NCBI GenBank assembly: GCA_964370855.1
Contig: CAYJMF010000001.1
Span: 71,905 to 131,166, forward strand
DNA from: an uncultured Planctomycetota bacterium
GTDB lineage: Bacteria > Planctomycetota > JAJSAM01 > JAKLKS01
DNA length: 59,262 bases
Direction: 5' to 3'
Shown here: positions 48,201 to 55,724 of the stretch, one piece after another
How positions within the stretch are numbered: the first letter of the stretch is position 1
How the letters are laid out: every line of letters begins with the position of its first letter
Position numbers and translations under genes: made by a program
The notes under the pieces: generated by a model
The model's input: only the letters and a program-made list of their open reading frames with translations
Database searches by the model: none
Told to the model about the DNA's origin: nothing

Positions 48201-48860
48201 CGGGGACGGGTCGGGGTACGGCTGGACGGGGCGCCGGGACCGACGGGGCGGACCTGGCCCCTCGTCGGCGGCGCCGGCGTCGAGCCCGGGAGCACGGGGG
48301 TCGTCCTGCGGATCCCCTCCGCGTCCATGACGGCGATCTCCGGCCGCGTCGTGGACGACGGGGGCGGGCCGTTCACCGGGTTCGTCGTCGAGATCCCCAT
48401 CCGGCCGGGCGAATCGACGCTCCACGCCGGCGACGCCGCCGGGGCCGCGTTCGGGGTGAGGGGCCTCCGCCTCGACGAGGAGTGCGAGATGACGGCCTGG
48501 TTCGCGGGCCTCGGCTGGGGACTGTCCGTCCCGGCCGGAACGGGGGACCTGGTCCTCACCGCGGGGCCCGACGGCCTGCACGCCGTCGGGTTCGGGGGCC
48601 GCCGGATCACGACGGCCCCGGCGCGGGGGGACCTGCGCACGGCGCAGGGGGAAGCCCTCTACCCCGCCGGGATCCGCCTCGTGTCCCCCGGGAGCGGGGC
48701 CATCGTCCCGGCGACCCCGGGAGACGGATCCACCTTCGAGGTCCCCGATCTCCCCGTCGGCCCCTGGCGCGTCGAGGTCCAGGGCGGCGCCCGAGGCCCG
48801 TGGCGCCCGACCCGCGCGGGTTTCATGCGGGGGAGCGTCGTCCTCTTGGCTGAGGAGTGA
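45252..48860 (+). CDS. Lipoprotein with carboxypeptidase-regulatory-like repeats (~1200 aa; non-ATG start)
   Basis: Lipobox FLALLGSLVAAFAGGC and many repeat modules. There is no suitable ATG; candidates are CTG 45252 (5 nt after GGAGGT) or TTG 45222. Confidence 0.78.
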   Translation: MRPIPGFLALLGSLVAAFAGGCRAAEDPLGRAGSPPAPPATAVPAVDGAADLSPPPPIGSVRVLLRDPSGPPIPGARVVVLPPEIPRFGSRPGTVAPDPLAEWNALPPAWDLEPVAAAVTGTDGGATVPSLPMGDGEAVVETPGRVRRSAPFRLAPDRTTADVEILAEEGHPFEGRVLTAAGAPIAGAVVTAEYPPFAPGGRCEGGRYDFARVRTGDEGVFRFDALPATVVILQCGPPGAWSAHRWPVRVPAVASIDLRIAGRGPVEGVLRGGPDGAPLPGADLLFTTTGWHRAPVAARATTDAGGRYRIPLYPANYVNGITLAAPGWWEEPRVFGPRQVPLPFPEEGPARLDLEALPDSPGTAAIRGIVRGPEGPVQGATVFLHAPEDDAPRVPSRWTDAGGRFWFPVAPSGWTAVLVEGAPGLFQPGTGDIFGNECPPPDPGAPWAIPAGAPRPVDIDIPLSIGGRVLGRVIDGAGKPVAGAKVGTRGGVWTHSRADGTFLLTGLDEPCEADVWARSEDGLLMGRSARFRAGAGEDAEGVEVILLPASGEGRRRIRISGRAHPAVPPGSPAPTVPVGDGHAACEGAWVPLDASGGFHLEVDCGRGRRSVPLWLDIPGWGAAGIDVPLPAGDGTVDAGEIPVPRNGRIRGRIEDGEGPLAGVPIAVERKREFSAIGCSPDEDPQPTIEAVTGRDGVFETAGLAAGTWIARVAAPGFMAEEREVVVRDGGSFSRCDVRLSRAARLRGRVRRPEGSPVAGAEVAATPSGEGGKADPGREERTWTDEDGGFSLMVREDSAHVLEISPGYEPAERFRPATSGPHRPGEEPVSVVVEDGPAIAGRIVDADGHPVRWATVTCSGASDGADGDPTADIEVLTAGDGTFRFVALGEGACDLSVEAGLEEPLVVEGVPTGGPEVEICLPPAFAIEGILLDEGGKPAPRRVVMATPLGGGSGTRRWVDGETDGSGRFRLVGVGSGACRIELGRGRVGVRLDGAPGPTGRTWPLVGGAGVEPGSTGVVLRIPSASMTAISGRVVDDGGGPFTGFVVEIPIRPGESTLHAGDAAGAAFGVRGLRLDEECEMTAWFAGLGWGLSVPAGTGDLVLTAGPDGLHAVGFGGRRITTAPARGDLRTAQGEALYPAGIRLVSPGSGAIVPATPGDGSTFEVPDLPVGPWRVEVQGGARGPWRPTRAGFMRGSVVLLAEE

Positions 48861-48869
48861 CCCCCCCCC

Positions 48870-50384
48870 CTACCTCATCTGGAACTTCCCGGGCTTCTTC
48901 TCCAGCCAGTCGCCGCCGGTGCTCCCCCCCTCGTCGCCTATGGCCACGGAGACCCGCATCGGGTTCGCGGCCGGGGCGGCGAGCTGGATCCCCGAGACGG
49001 ACACCGTCAGCGTCCGGGTCTCCAGGTCCGCCATGACCGAGTACTTGGAGACGGTCCCCTTCGGGCTCTTCCACTTGGCCTTGCCCTTGCGGACCTTCCA
49101 GCCGGCGTCGGCGGCCGGGATGAGGAGCGTCACGGGGTTCTCCTCCGGCCCCGCGCGGACCCTCAGGCCGTCCGCCACCGGATCGGCGCCGTCGCCGGAG
49201 GCGGAGGGCAGGAACTCGTACTGCGCCGTCACCTTGATCTTGTCCTTCGACATCTTCGGCGAGTCCGTGAGGTCCGCCCGCACCGTGGTGACGTCGAGGG
49301 TCGCGATCGTGGACGTCTGGAACTCGGCCGTGGCGGAGGGACCGTGGATGTTGACGGCCCGGACCCCGAAGCAGTACGCGGTGTCCGCCGTGAGGCCGGC
49401 ATCGGAGTACGACGTGTCGTCCGGGGAGGCGATGTCGATGATCTGGAAGGTGCCCGTCGGCGTGCGCCGGTAGATCTCGAACATGACCTCGTCGTCGCTG
49501 TTGTCCGTCCACTGGAAGGTGATGGAGTAGGGCCCCGCCTCCGTCACGAGGAGGTCCGTGGGCGCCGCCGGCGGGAGGGGGGCGTCGGCGGTGGTCACCG
49601 CGGCGTCGTTGGTGTAGGCCGAGGGGCCGCCGAGGTTCACGGCCCGCACCTTGTAGGTGAAGGTGGTCGAGGGCCCCATGCTGGAGGCGTCCTCGTGGGT
49701 CGTGGAGCCGGCCGCGGGGGAGGCGATCCGCGTGAAGCTCCCGCTGGTGGTCCGCCGGTAGACCTCGAAGTTGTCCTCGTTCACGCTGTTGTCCGTCCAG
49801 GCGAGGAGGACGGTGCCGGAGCCGGAGAATTCCGCCGTCAGGCCCGTCGGGGCGGCGGGCGGCGGCGGGATGTTCGGGTTGACGTCCCACTCCACGATGT
49901 ACCCCGACAGGTTGTAGTTCCCGGGAATGTCGTTCCAGGTCCCGTTGTTGTTGACCATCACGTAGTCCTCGTTCCCGGAGTTGTTGGGCTCGCCGCCGTT
50001 CCAGTACGTGTAGGACCAGGATTCCCCGGTCAGCCACGTCCAGGTCCCCTCCACGGACTCGTCGGTGCCCCCGATGCAGCAGGTGGTGTTCGCGGGGCGG
50101 ATGTAGGAATCGAGCCACGTCCGCTCCGCGTCGGAGGTGACGGTGGCGAGGTACCCGCCCATGGCCTCGGCGCCGGCCTTGGCCGCCGTCCAGCCCCCGT
50201 TGCTCGCGACCCACTTGTAGTAGTGGCCCGTGCCGGAGTAGTACACGACCCCGGAGATGTCGGCGCGGGCCGGCTCCCCGGTCCCGAGGACGAGCGCGAG
50301 GGCCAGGCCCGCCGCCGCGGCGGCCAGCCTCCCCCGGATGCGGAAACGCGAGACCCGGACTTCCCCGCCGCGGTGCCGCCTCAT
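48870..50384 (-). CDS. Secreted C-type lectin + 2x fibronectin type III protein (~504 aa)
   Basis: Signal peptide ending PARA; GHYY..W..A...A..MGGYLATVTS..E, W..GEPNN...EDY...WND; two FN3 units (PAAPTxL...WTDNS..E..FE.YRR...Y...VRAVN..GPS). Confidence 0.88.
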   Translation of the reverse strand: MRRHRGGEVRVSRFRIRGRLAAAAAGLALALVLGTGEPARADISGVVYYSGTGHYYKWVASNGGWTAAKAGAEAMGGYLATVTSDAERTWLDSYIRPANTTCCIGGTDESVEGTWTWLTGESWSYTYWNGGEPNNSGNEDYVMVNNNGTWNDIPGNYNLSGYIVEWDVNPNIPPPPAAPTGLTAEFSGSGTVLLAWTDNSVNEDNFEVYRRTTSGSFTRIASPAAGSTTHEDASSMGPSTTFTYKVRAVNLGGPSAYTNDAAVTTADAPLPPAAPTDLLVTEAGPYSITFQWTDNSDDEVMFEIYRRTPTGTFQIIDIASPDDTSYSDAGLTADTAYCFGVRAVNIHGPSATAEFQTSTIATLDVTTVRADLTDSPKMSKDKIKVTAQYEFLPSASGDGADPVADGLRVRAGPEENPVTLLIPAADAGWKVRKGKAKWKSPKGTVSKYSVMADLETRTLTVSVSGIQLAAPAANPMRVSVAIGDEGGSTGGDWLEKKPGKFQMR

Positions 50385-50672
50385 GCCCCCCCCGTTCCCG
50401 CCCGGCCCGAGGGAGACGCCGGGCGAAGAACCGAGCGTATGCCTTCCCGCGACGCCTGTCAACACGGGCCCGGATTTTCCGGGCCCGGCGCCGGCCGAGG
50501 GCCGGCCGGGTGCCGCCCCAGTAGGGTTACACCCCATGGCCGCCCTCCGGATGCCGCGGTACGGTACCGGTGAGCGACGGCCTGCCCCGTGGTCGGGCGG
50601 CCGGCGAGCGGTACGGCTCCGGGAACCGGAGGCCGGCCCGGCGGCGCTCCGCGACCACCGAAGGGACCGTGC

Positions 50673-52433
50673 ATGACCGGAAACGCCCGACGCCCCCTCG
50701 CCCCGGGGAGGCGGCTCCCCAAGTGCCCGACGGGCATCCAGGGCCTCGACGAGATCACCGGCGGCGGATTCCCCCGGGGGCGGCCGACCCTCGTCTGCGG
50801 AGGCGCCGGCTGCGGCAAGACCCTGGTGGCGGCGGAGTTCCTCGTGCGCGGCGCGATGGAGTTCGGCGAGCCCGGCGTGTTCATGGCCTTCGAGGAGACG
50901 GAGGCGGAGCTCAAGGCCAACGTCGCCTCACTCGGCTTCGACCTCTCGGGGCTCGTACGACGGAAGAGGATCGTCATCGACCACGTCCACCTGGAGCGGA
51001 GCGAATCCCAGGTGAGCGGCGACTACGACCTCGAGGGGCTGTTCGTGCGGCTGAACCACGCCATCGAGTCCGTCGGCGCGAAGCGCGTGGTGCTGGACTC
51101 CCTCGAGGCCCTGTTCGCCGGCCTCCCCGACGAGGGGATTCTCCGCGCCGAGCTCCGCAGGCTCTTCCGCTGGCTGAAGGACAGGGGCATGACCGCCCTC
51201 ATCACCGCGGAGCGCGGGGACGGGACCCTGACCCGCCACGGCCTCGAGGAGTACGTGTCGGACTGCGTCATCGATCTCGACCACCGCGTCGTCGAGCAGA
51301 TCGCCACGCGGCACTTGCGCGTGGTGAAGTACCGCGGCGCCATGCACGGCACCAACGAGTTCCCCTTCCTGATCGGCGACGAGGGGATCAGCGTCCTGCC
51401 GATCACGTCCCTCGGGCTCAACCACAAGGTGTCCGCCGAGCGGATCGCCACCGGCATCCCGCGCCTGGACGCGATGCTGGGCGGGAAGGGCTTCTACCGC
51501 GGCAGCAGCATCCTGCTCACGGGGACGCCGGGCACGGGGAAGACGATCTTCGCCGCCAACTTCGCCCATGCCGCCGCCCGGCGCGGGGAGCGCACCCTCT
51601 TCTTCTCCTTCGAGGAGTCCCCCAACCAGATCATCCGCAACATGCAGTCCATCGGGCTGCGACTCGAGCCCCTGGCCCGGCGAGGCCTCATCCGGTTCCA
51701 CTCGGCGCGGCCCTCGCTCTACGGGCTCGAGATGCACCTGGCGACGATGTTCAAGGAGATCGCCGAGTACCAGCCCCGCGTCGTCATCGTGGACCCCATC
51801 ACCAGCCTGATGGACTCCGGCACCGCCACGGAGAGCAAGGGGATGGTGACGCGGCTCATCGACTACCTGAAGGGCGGACAGGTCACATCGCTCTTCACCA
51901 GCCTGACGCAGGGGGGCCACGCGCTCCAGCAGAGCGAGATGGCCATGTCCTCGCTCATGGACTCGTGGCTCCTCCTCCAGGACCTCGAGGGCAACGGCGA
52001 GCGCAACCGAGTGCTGTACGTGCTCAAGGCGCGGGGCATGGCGCACTCGAACCAGATCCGGGAGTTCCTGATCTCGAGCCGGGGCGTCGACGTCGTGGAC
52101 GCCTACATCGGCCCGGGCGGGGTCCTGACCGGCTCCGCCCGCGCGGCCCAGGGCGCCCTCGAGCGGGCCGCCGTGGTGGCGGGCCAGCAGGAGGCCGCGC
52201 AGCTCAAGCGGGAGGTGGAGCGCAAGCGCGCGGCCCTCGAGCGCCGGATCGCCGTGCTCCGGGCCGACCACGAGACCGAGGCCGCGGAGCTGCGGCGCAT
52301 CGCCGAGCAGGTCGGCGCGCGCACCTCGGTCCTCGGCACCGAGCGGGCCGAGTTCGGACGGCTGCGCCAGGCGGACGCCAAGGTGACGGCCGTCCCCGGG
52401 ACGAAGCCCGGGCGGCGCAGGGGGACCCGGTGA
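50673..52433 (+). CDS. kaiC: Circadian clock-like ATPase/kinase KaiC with C-terminal coiled coil (586 aa)
   Basis: Two RecA-like domains: GGAGCGKT/FEE and GTPGTGKT/FEES; EEYVSDCVI; phosphosite region MSSLMDSWLLL; KARGMAHSNQIREF. Confidence 0.95.
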   Translation: MTGNARRPLAPGRRLPKCPTGIQGLDEITGGGFPRGRPTLVCGGAGCGKTLVAAEFLVRGAMEFGEPGVFMAFEETEAELKANVASLGFDLSGLVRRKRIVIDHVHLERSESQVSGDYDLEGLFVRLNHAIESVGAKRVVLDSLEALFAGLPDEGILRAELRRLFRWLKDRGMTALITAERGDGTLTRHGLEEYVSDCVIDLDHRVVEQIATRHLRVVKYRGAMHGTNEFPFLIGDEGISVLPITSLGLNHKVSAERIATGIPRLDAMLGGKGFYRGSSILLTGTPGTGKTIFAANFAHAAARRGERTLFFSFEESPNQIIRNMQSIGLRLEPLARRGLIRFHSARPSLYGLEMHLATMFKEIAEYQPRVVIVDPITSLMDSGTATESKGMVTRLIDYLKGGQVTSLFTSLTQGGHALQQSEMAMSSLMDSWLLLQDLEGNGERNRVLYVLKARGMAHSNQIREFLISSRGVDVVDAYIGPGGVLTGSARAAQGALERAAVVAGQQEAAQLKREVERKRAALERRIAVLRADHETEAAELRRIAEQVGARTSVLGTERAEFGRLRQADAKVTAVPGTKPGRRRGTR

Positions 52434-52759
52434 AGGCCACGACCGTGGAGCGCATCGCGCCGCCCACCCCCCGGCGCCCCGGGCAGATCTGGAGGTGGCG
52501 CCTCTACGTCGCCGGCAGGACCCCCCGGTCGCTGAGGGCCATCGCGAACCTGGAGCGGCTCTGCGTGAGCCGGCTCCGGGGCCGCCACCGGATCACGGTG
52601 ATCGACCTGTGGGAGCACCCCCAGCGGGCCCGGCGGGACCAGATTCTCGCCGTACCGACGGTCGTCCGCCGGGCTCCGAAACCGTGGACGAGGATCCTCG
52701 GCGACCTCTCCGAAGCCGACCTCGCCCTCGCCGGGATGACCCTCGGGAAGGGCCGCTGA
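52430..52759 (+). CDS. kaiB: KaiB-like protein (109 aa)
   Basis: GTGA overlap with kaiC; RLYVAGRTPRS..AI.NL, VIDL..P..A..DQILAVPTVVR..P.P...GDLS. Confidence 0.88.
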   Translation: MKATTVERIAPPTPRRPGQIWRWRLYVAGRTPRSLRAIANLERLCVSRLRGRHRITVIDLWEHPQRARRDQILAVPTVVRRAPKPWTRILGDLSEADLALAGMTLGKGR

Positions 52760-52771
52760 CGGGCCCGGACC

Positions 52772-53128
52772 ATGGCCAGGAAGAGGAAACCCGCCCGGGA
52801 CGCGAAGCCCCTCCGGAAATCCCCGGCCCCCGTTCCCGCCGGCAGGACCGTCCTGCGGCTGTTCGTGGCGGGGGCCTCCTCCCGATCGCGGCAGGCGGTC
52901 CTCCGCGTCCGCCAGCTCTGCCGGGCGGAACCGCAGGGCGCCTGCACCATGGAGGTGATCGACATCTACCAGCAGCCGGAGCTGGCGCGCAGGAACCAGA
53001 TCGTCGCGACGCCGACCCTCATCAAGGAGTTCCCCGTCCCGGTGCGCAGGTTCATCGGGAACCTGTCGAACCTCGAGGGCCTCTTCGGCGAAACGGATCC
53101 GATCGCGGGGACCAGGATGCCCGCTTGA
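52772..53128 (+). CDS. kaiB: Second KaiB-like protein (118 aa)
   Basis: LRLFVAG...RS, EVIDIYQQPELA..QIVATPTLIK..P.PVRRFIGNLS. Confidence 0.9.
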   Translation: MARKRKPARDAKPLRKSPAPVPAGRTVLRLFVAGASSRSRQAVLRVRQLCRAEPQGACTMEVIDIYQQPELARRNQIVATPTLIKEFPVPVRRFIGNLSNLEGLFGETDPIAGTRMPA

Positions 53129-54351
53129 AAGCGCCCCGGCCCCGGCGTCCTTCGCTCCCGGCGCCGGTCCCCGGACCCGCCGGGCTCAAGGCCCGCATGG
53201 CCGCCCTCGAGGAGACCCTCCGCGCCGTCGGCGCCGGAGAGGTCGATTCCGTCGTGGTGGAGGGGAGGCGGGGGCCCCAGGTGTTCACCCTCGAGGGCGC
53301 GGGGGACGCCTACCGCGTCCTCATCGAGTCCATGAACGAGGGGGCCCTGACGCTGACGGCGGACGGGGTGATCCTCTACGCCAACCGGCGCTTCGCGGGG
53401 ATGGTGGCGATGCCTCTCGAGAAGGTGATAGGCACCTCCTTCCTCCGTCTCCTGGCGCCGGCGGACCGGGCCGGCCTGCGCCTCCTCCTGAAGCGCGCGT
53501 CCCGGAGCGGATCCAAGATCCAGGCGACGCTGCGCACCGGCGACGGCTCGACGGTGCCCGCGCAGGTCTCCGTCTTCCCCCTGCCCGGGAAGGGCCGCGA
53601 CCGCGCCACCATCGGCGTCGTGGTCACGGACATGACCGGGGCCCGCCGCGGCGAGGAGCGGCTGCGGGCCCTCACGCGCCGCGTCGTCCAGGTCCAGGAG
53701 GCCGAGCGCGGCCGCGTGGCCCTCGAACTGCACGACCACGTGACGCAGCGGCTCTGCGCCGTCCTCCTCCACAGCCAGGCCCTCGCCGACGGGCTGCCCG
53801 GGCGCAACGGCCCGGCGAAGCGGGAGGCGGCGCGCCTGCGGGAGGTCCTCGGCCGGACGGCGGAGGCGGTGGAGCGCATCTCGCGGAACCTCCGGCCCGG
53901 CGTCCTCGACCAGTTCGGCCTCGTCGCCGTCATCCGCGGCGCGGGAGCGGAGTTCACCGAGGAGACCGGCGTCCCGGTCCGGTTCGCCTGCGCGGAACCG
54001 GCCGTGCGCCTCCCCCCCGACGCCGAGCTGGCGCTCTACCGAGTCCTCCAGGAGTCCCTCCGGAACGTGGAGCAGCACGCCCGGGCCCGCCACGTCACCC
54101 TCGGGCTCACGCAGTCGCGCTCCTTCGTCCAGCTCTCCATCTCCGACGACGGGATCGGCTTCGAACCGGACGGGCGCCCCGCGGGGCGGAAGAGGAGGCG
54201 CGGCCTCGGCCTGCTCGGCATGGGCGAGCGGGCCGCCTACGTGGGTGGGGCCCTGACGCTGCGCTCCTCGCCGGGCGAGGGCACGACGGTCCGGGCCCGG
54301 GTCCCCGTCGGCGCCGCGGGGAGGGGGGGAACCCGTGGCCGAGCGTCGTGA
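53125..54351 (+). CDS. PAS-domain histidine kinase (HisKA_3/NarX-UhpB type, ~408 aa)
   Basis: TTGA overlap with kaiB (alternative ATG 53197); EETLRA..GEVD.VVV, PAS (YRVLIESMNEGA...YANRRF), H-box ELHD, QESLRNV..HA, DDGIGF, GLGLLGM.ER. Confidence 0.9.
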   Translation: MKAPRPRRPSLPAPVPGPAGLKARMAALEETLRAVGAGEVDSVVVEGRRGPQVFTLEGAGDAYRVLIESMNEGALTLTADGVILYANRRFAGMVAMPLEKVIGTSFLRLLAPADRAGLRLLLKRASRSGSKIQATLRTGDGSTVPAQVSVFPLPGKGRDRATIGVVVTDMTGARRGEERLRALTRRVVQVQEAERGRVALELHDHVTQRLCAVLLHSQALADGLPGRNGPAKREAARLREVLGRTAEAVERISRNLRPGVLDQFGLVAVIRGAGAEFTEETGVPVRFACAEPAVRLPPDAELALYRVLQESLRNVEQHARARHVTLGLTQSRSFVQLSISDDGIGFEPDGRPAGRKRRRGLGLLGMGERAAYVGGALTLRSSPGEGTTVRARVPVGAAGRGGTRGRAS

Positions 54352-55159
54352 GTCCGGCGGCGCCGCCCTCACCTCCGCGAGGCGCCGGCTCGCCCGCGTG
54401 GTCACGGGGCGGAAGGTCGCGGAGGAGGCCCTCTCCGCGAGCGCCCGGGAGCACCGCGCCCTCCTCCTGCGATCCCTCTCGATGGCGGCGGAGCTCCGGC
54501 AGCTCTCCCGCAGCCTCCTCAGGTCCCACGAGGAGGAGCGGAAGCGGATCAGCCGGGAGCTCCACGACGTCCTCGGGCAGACGCTCACGGCGGTGAACAT
54601 CGGACTCGCCTCCCTGAAGTCGGCGCCCCCGACGGATCCGGCGGACTTCCGGAGGACCGTCGCGCGGACCCAGCGTCTCCTCCGGAAGTCGATGCGGACC
54701 TTCCAGCGCTTCGCGACGAGCCTCTGCCCCCCCCACCTCGACGAGCTCGGCCTCGTCCCGGCGCTGCGCGACTTCGCGCGGGAGTTCGGGAAGCGCAACG
54801 GCCTGCGGGTCGGCGTCGCGGCCCCGGAGGGGCGCGCCCCCCTCGACGGCGAGGGCCGCACGGCGCTGTTCCGGGTCGCCCAGGAGGCGCTCGTGAACGT
54901 CGGGCGCCACGCCCGGGCGCGGAACGTCCGCGTCACGCTGCTGCGGACCCCCGTGGGCGCGCGCCTGGAGGTCTGGAACGACGGCCGGCATTTCGACGTG
55001 TCCAAAGTGCAGCGCTCCAGGACCCGCCGGCACCTCGGGCTCCTCTGCATGCGGGAGCGCATGGACATGGTCGGGGGGACCTTCTCCGTCCGCTCGTCGA
55101 AGGAGCACGGAACCACCGTCCGGGCCGACGTCCCCCTCCGGAGGAACTCCGATGCGTAG
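54335..55159 (+). CDS. Sensor-less HisKA_3 histidine kinase (274 aa)
   Basis: EEERKRISRELHDVLGQ, QEALVNV..HA, NDGRHF, LGLLCMRER; only a coiled coil precedes the H-box. Confidence 0.85.
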   Translation: MAERRESGGAALTSARRRLARVVTGRKVAEEALSASAREHRALLLRSLSMAAELRQLSRSLLRSHEEERKRISRELHDVLGQTLTAVNIGLASLKSAPPTDPADFRRTVARTQRLLRKSMRTFQRFATSLCPPHLDELGLVPALRDFAREFGKRNGLRVGVAAPEGRAPLDGEGRTALFRVAQEALVNVGRHARARNVRVTLLRTPVGARLEVWNDGRHFDVSKVQRSRTRRHLGLLCMRERMDMVGGTFSVRSSKEHGTTVRADVPLRRNSDA

Positions 55160-55637
55160 GGGCCCCCCGTCCCCCGGCCCGCGGAAGGAGGCGCCTCCCC
55201 CGGCGCGCATCTCGGTGCTCCTGGTGGACGACCAGGCGATCATCCGGAGGGGGATCCGCGCCCTCCTGAGGAGCGAGACGGACATCGTCGTCGTCGGGGA
55301 TGCGCGGAACGGCCTCGAGGGCATCGCCATGGCGAAGTCCCTCGACCCCGACGTCGTCCTCATGGACATCGGGATGCCGGAGATGAACGGGATCGAGGCG
55401 ACGCGGCGGATCCTCGAGCTCGCGCCGCGCTCCCGGGTGCTCATCCTCTCGGCCCACAGCGACGACGACTACATCCGCGCCGTCGCCGCCATGGACGGCG
55501 TCGGGTACATGCTCAAGCAGTCCTCCCTCGCGGACCTGGCCGGGGCGGTCCGGAGGACGGCGAAGGGCGGAACCGTCGTCAGTCCGGCGATCCGGAAGCG
55601 CACCCGCACCCTGAAGCCCCGCCCGCGCAAGGGGTAG
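55152..55637 (+). CDS. NarL-type receiver-only response regulator (161 aa)
   Basis: VLLVDD, PDVVLMDIGMP.MNG, LSAH, GYMLK; ends without a LuxR HTH. Confidence 0.85.
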   Translation: MRRGPPSPGPRKEAPPPARISVLLVDDQAIIRRGIRALLRSETDIVVVGDARNGLEGIAMAKSLDPDVVLMDIGMPEMNGIEATRRILELAPRSRVLILSAHSDDDYIRAVAAMDGVGYMLKQSSLADLAGAVRRTAKGGTVVSPAIRKRTRTLKPRPRKG

Positions 55638-55724
55638 GGGTATACGGTACCCGACCCGATTCATCGGGGTTGGATTCCGCATCCCCCCGCCCCGTGAACC
55701 ACCCCCGGCCCTCGGCTACGCTTC

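Noticed and set aside
50465..50487. Hairpin CGGGCCCGGA-TTT-TCCGGGCCCG between the lectin gene and kaiC
   Set aside because: It lies between divergent genes, so it is not a terminator, and GC-rich stems arise easily by chance here.
50560..55651. 9-bp direct repeat TACGGTACC flanking the kai operon as a target-site duplication
   Set aside because: No terminal inverted repeats or transposase; TACGGT is equally explained as a -10 box.
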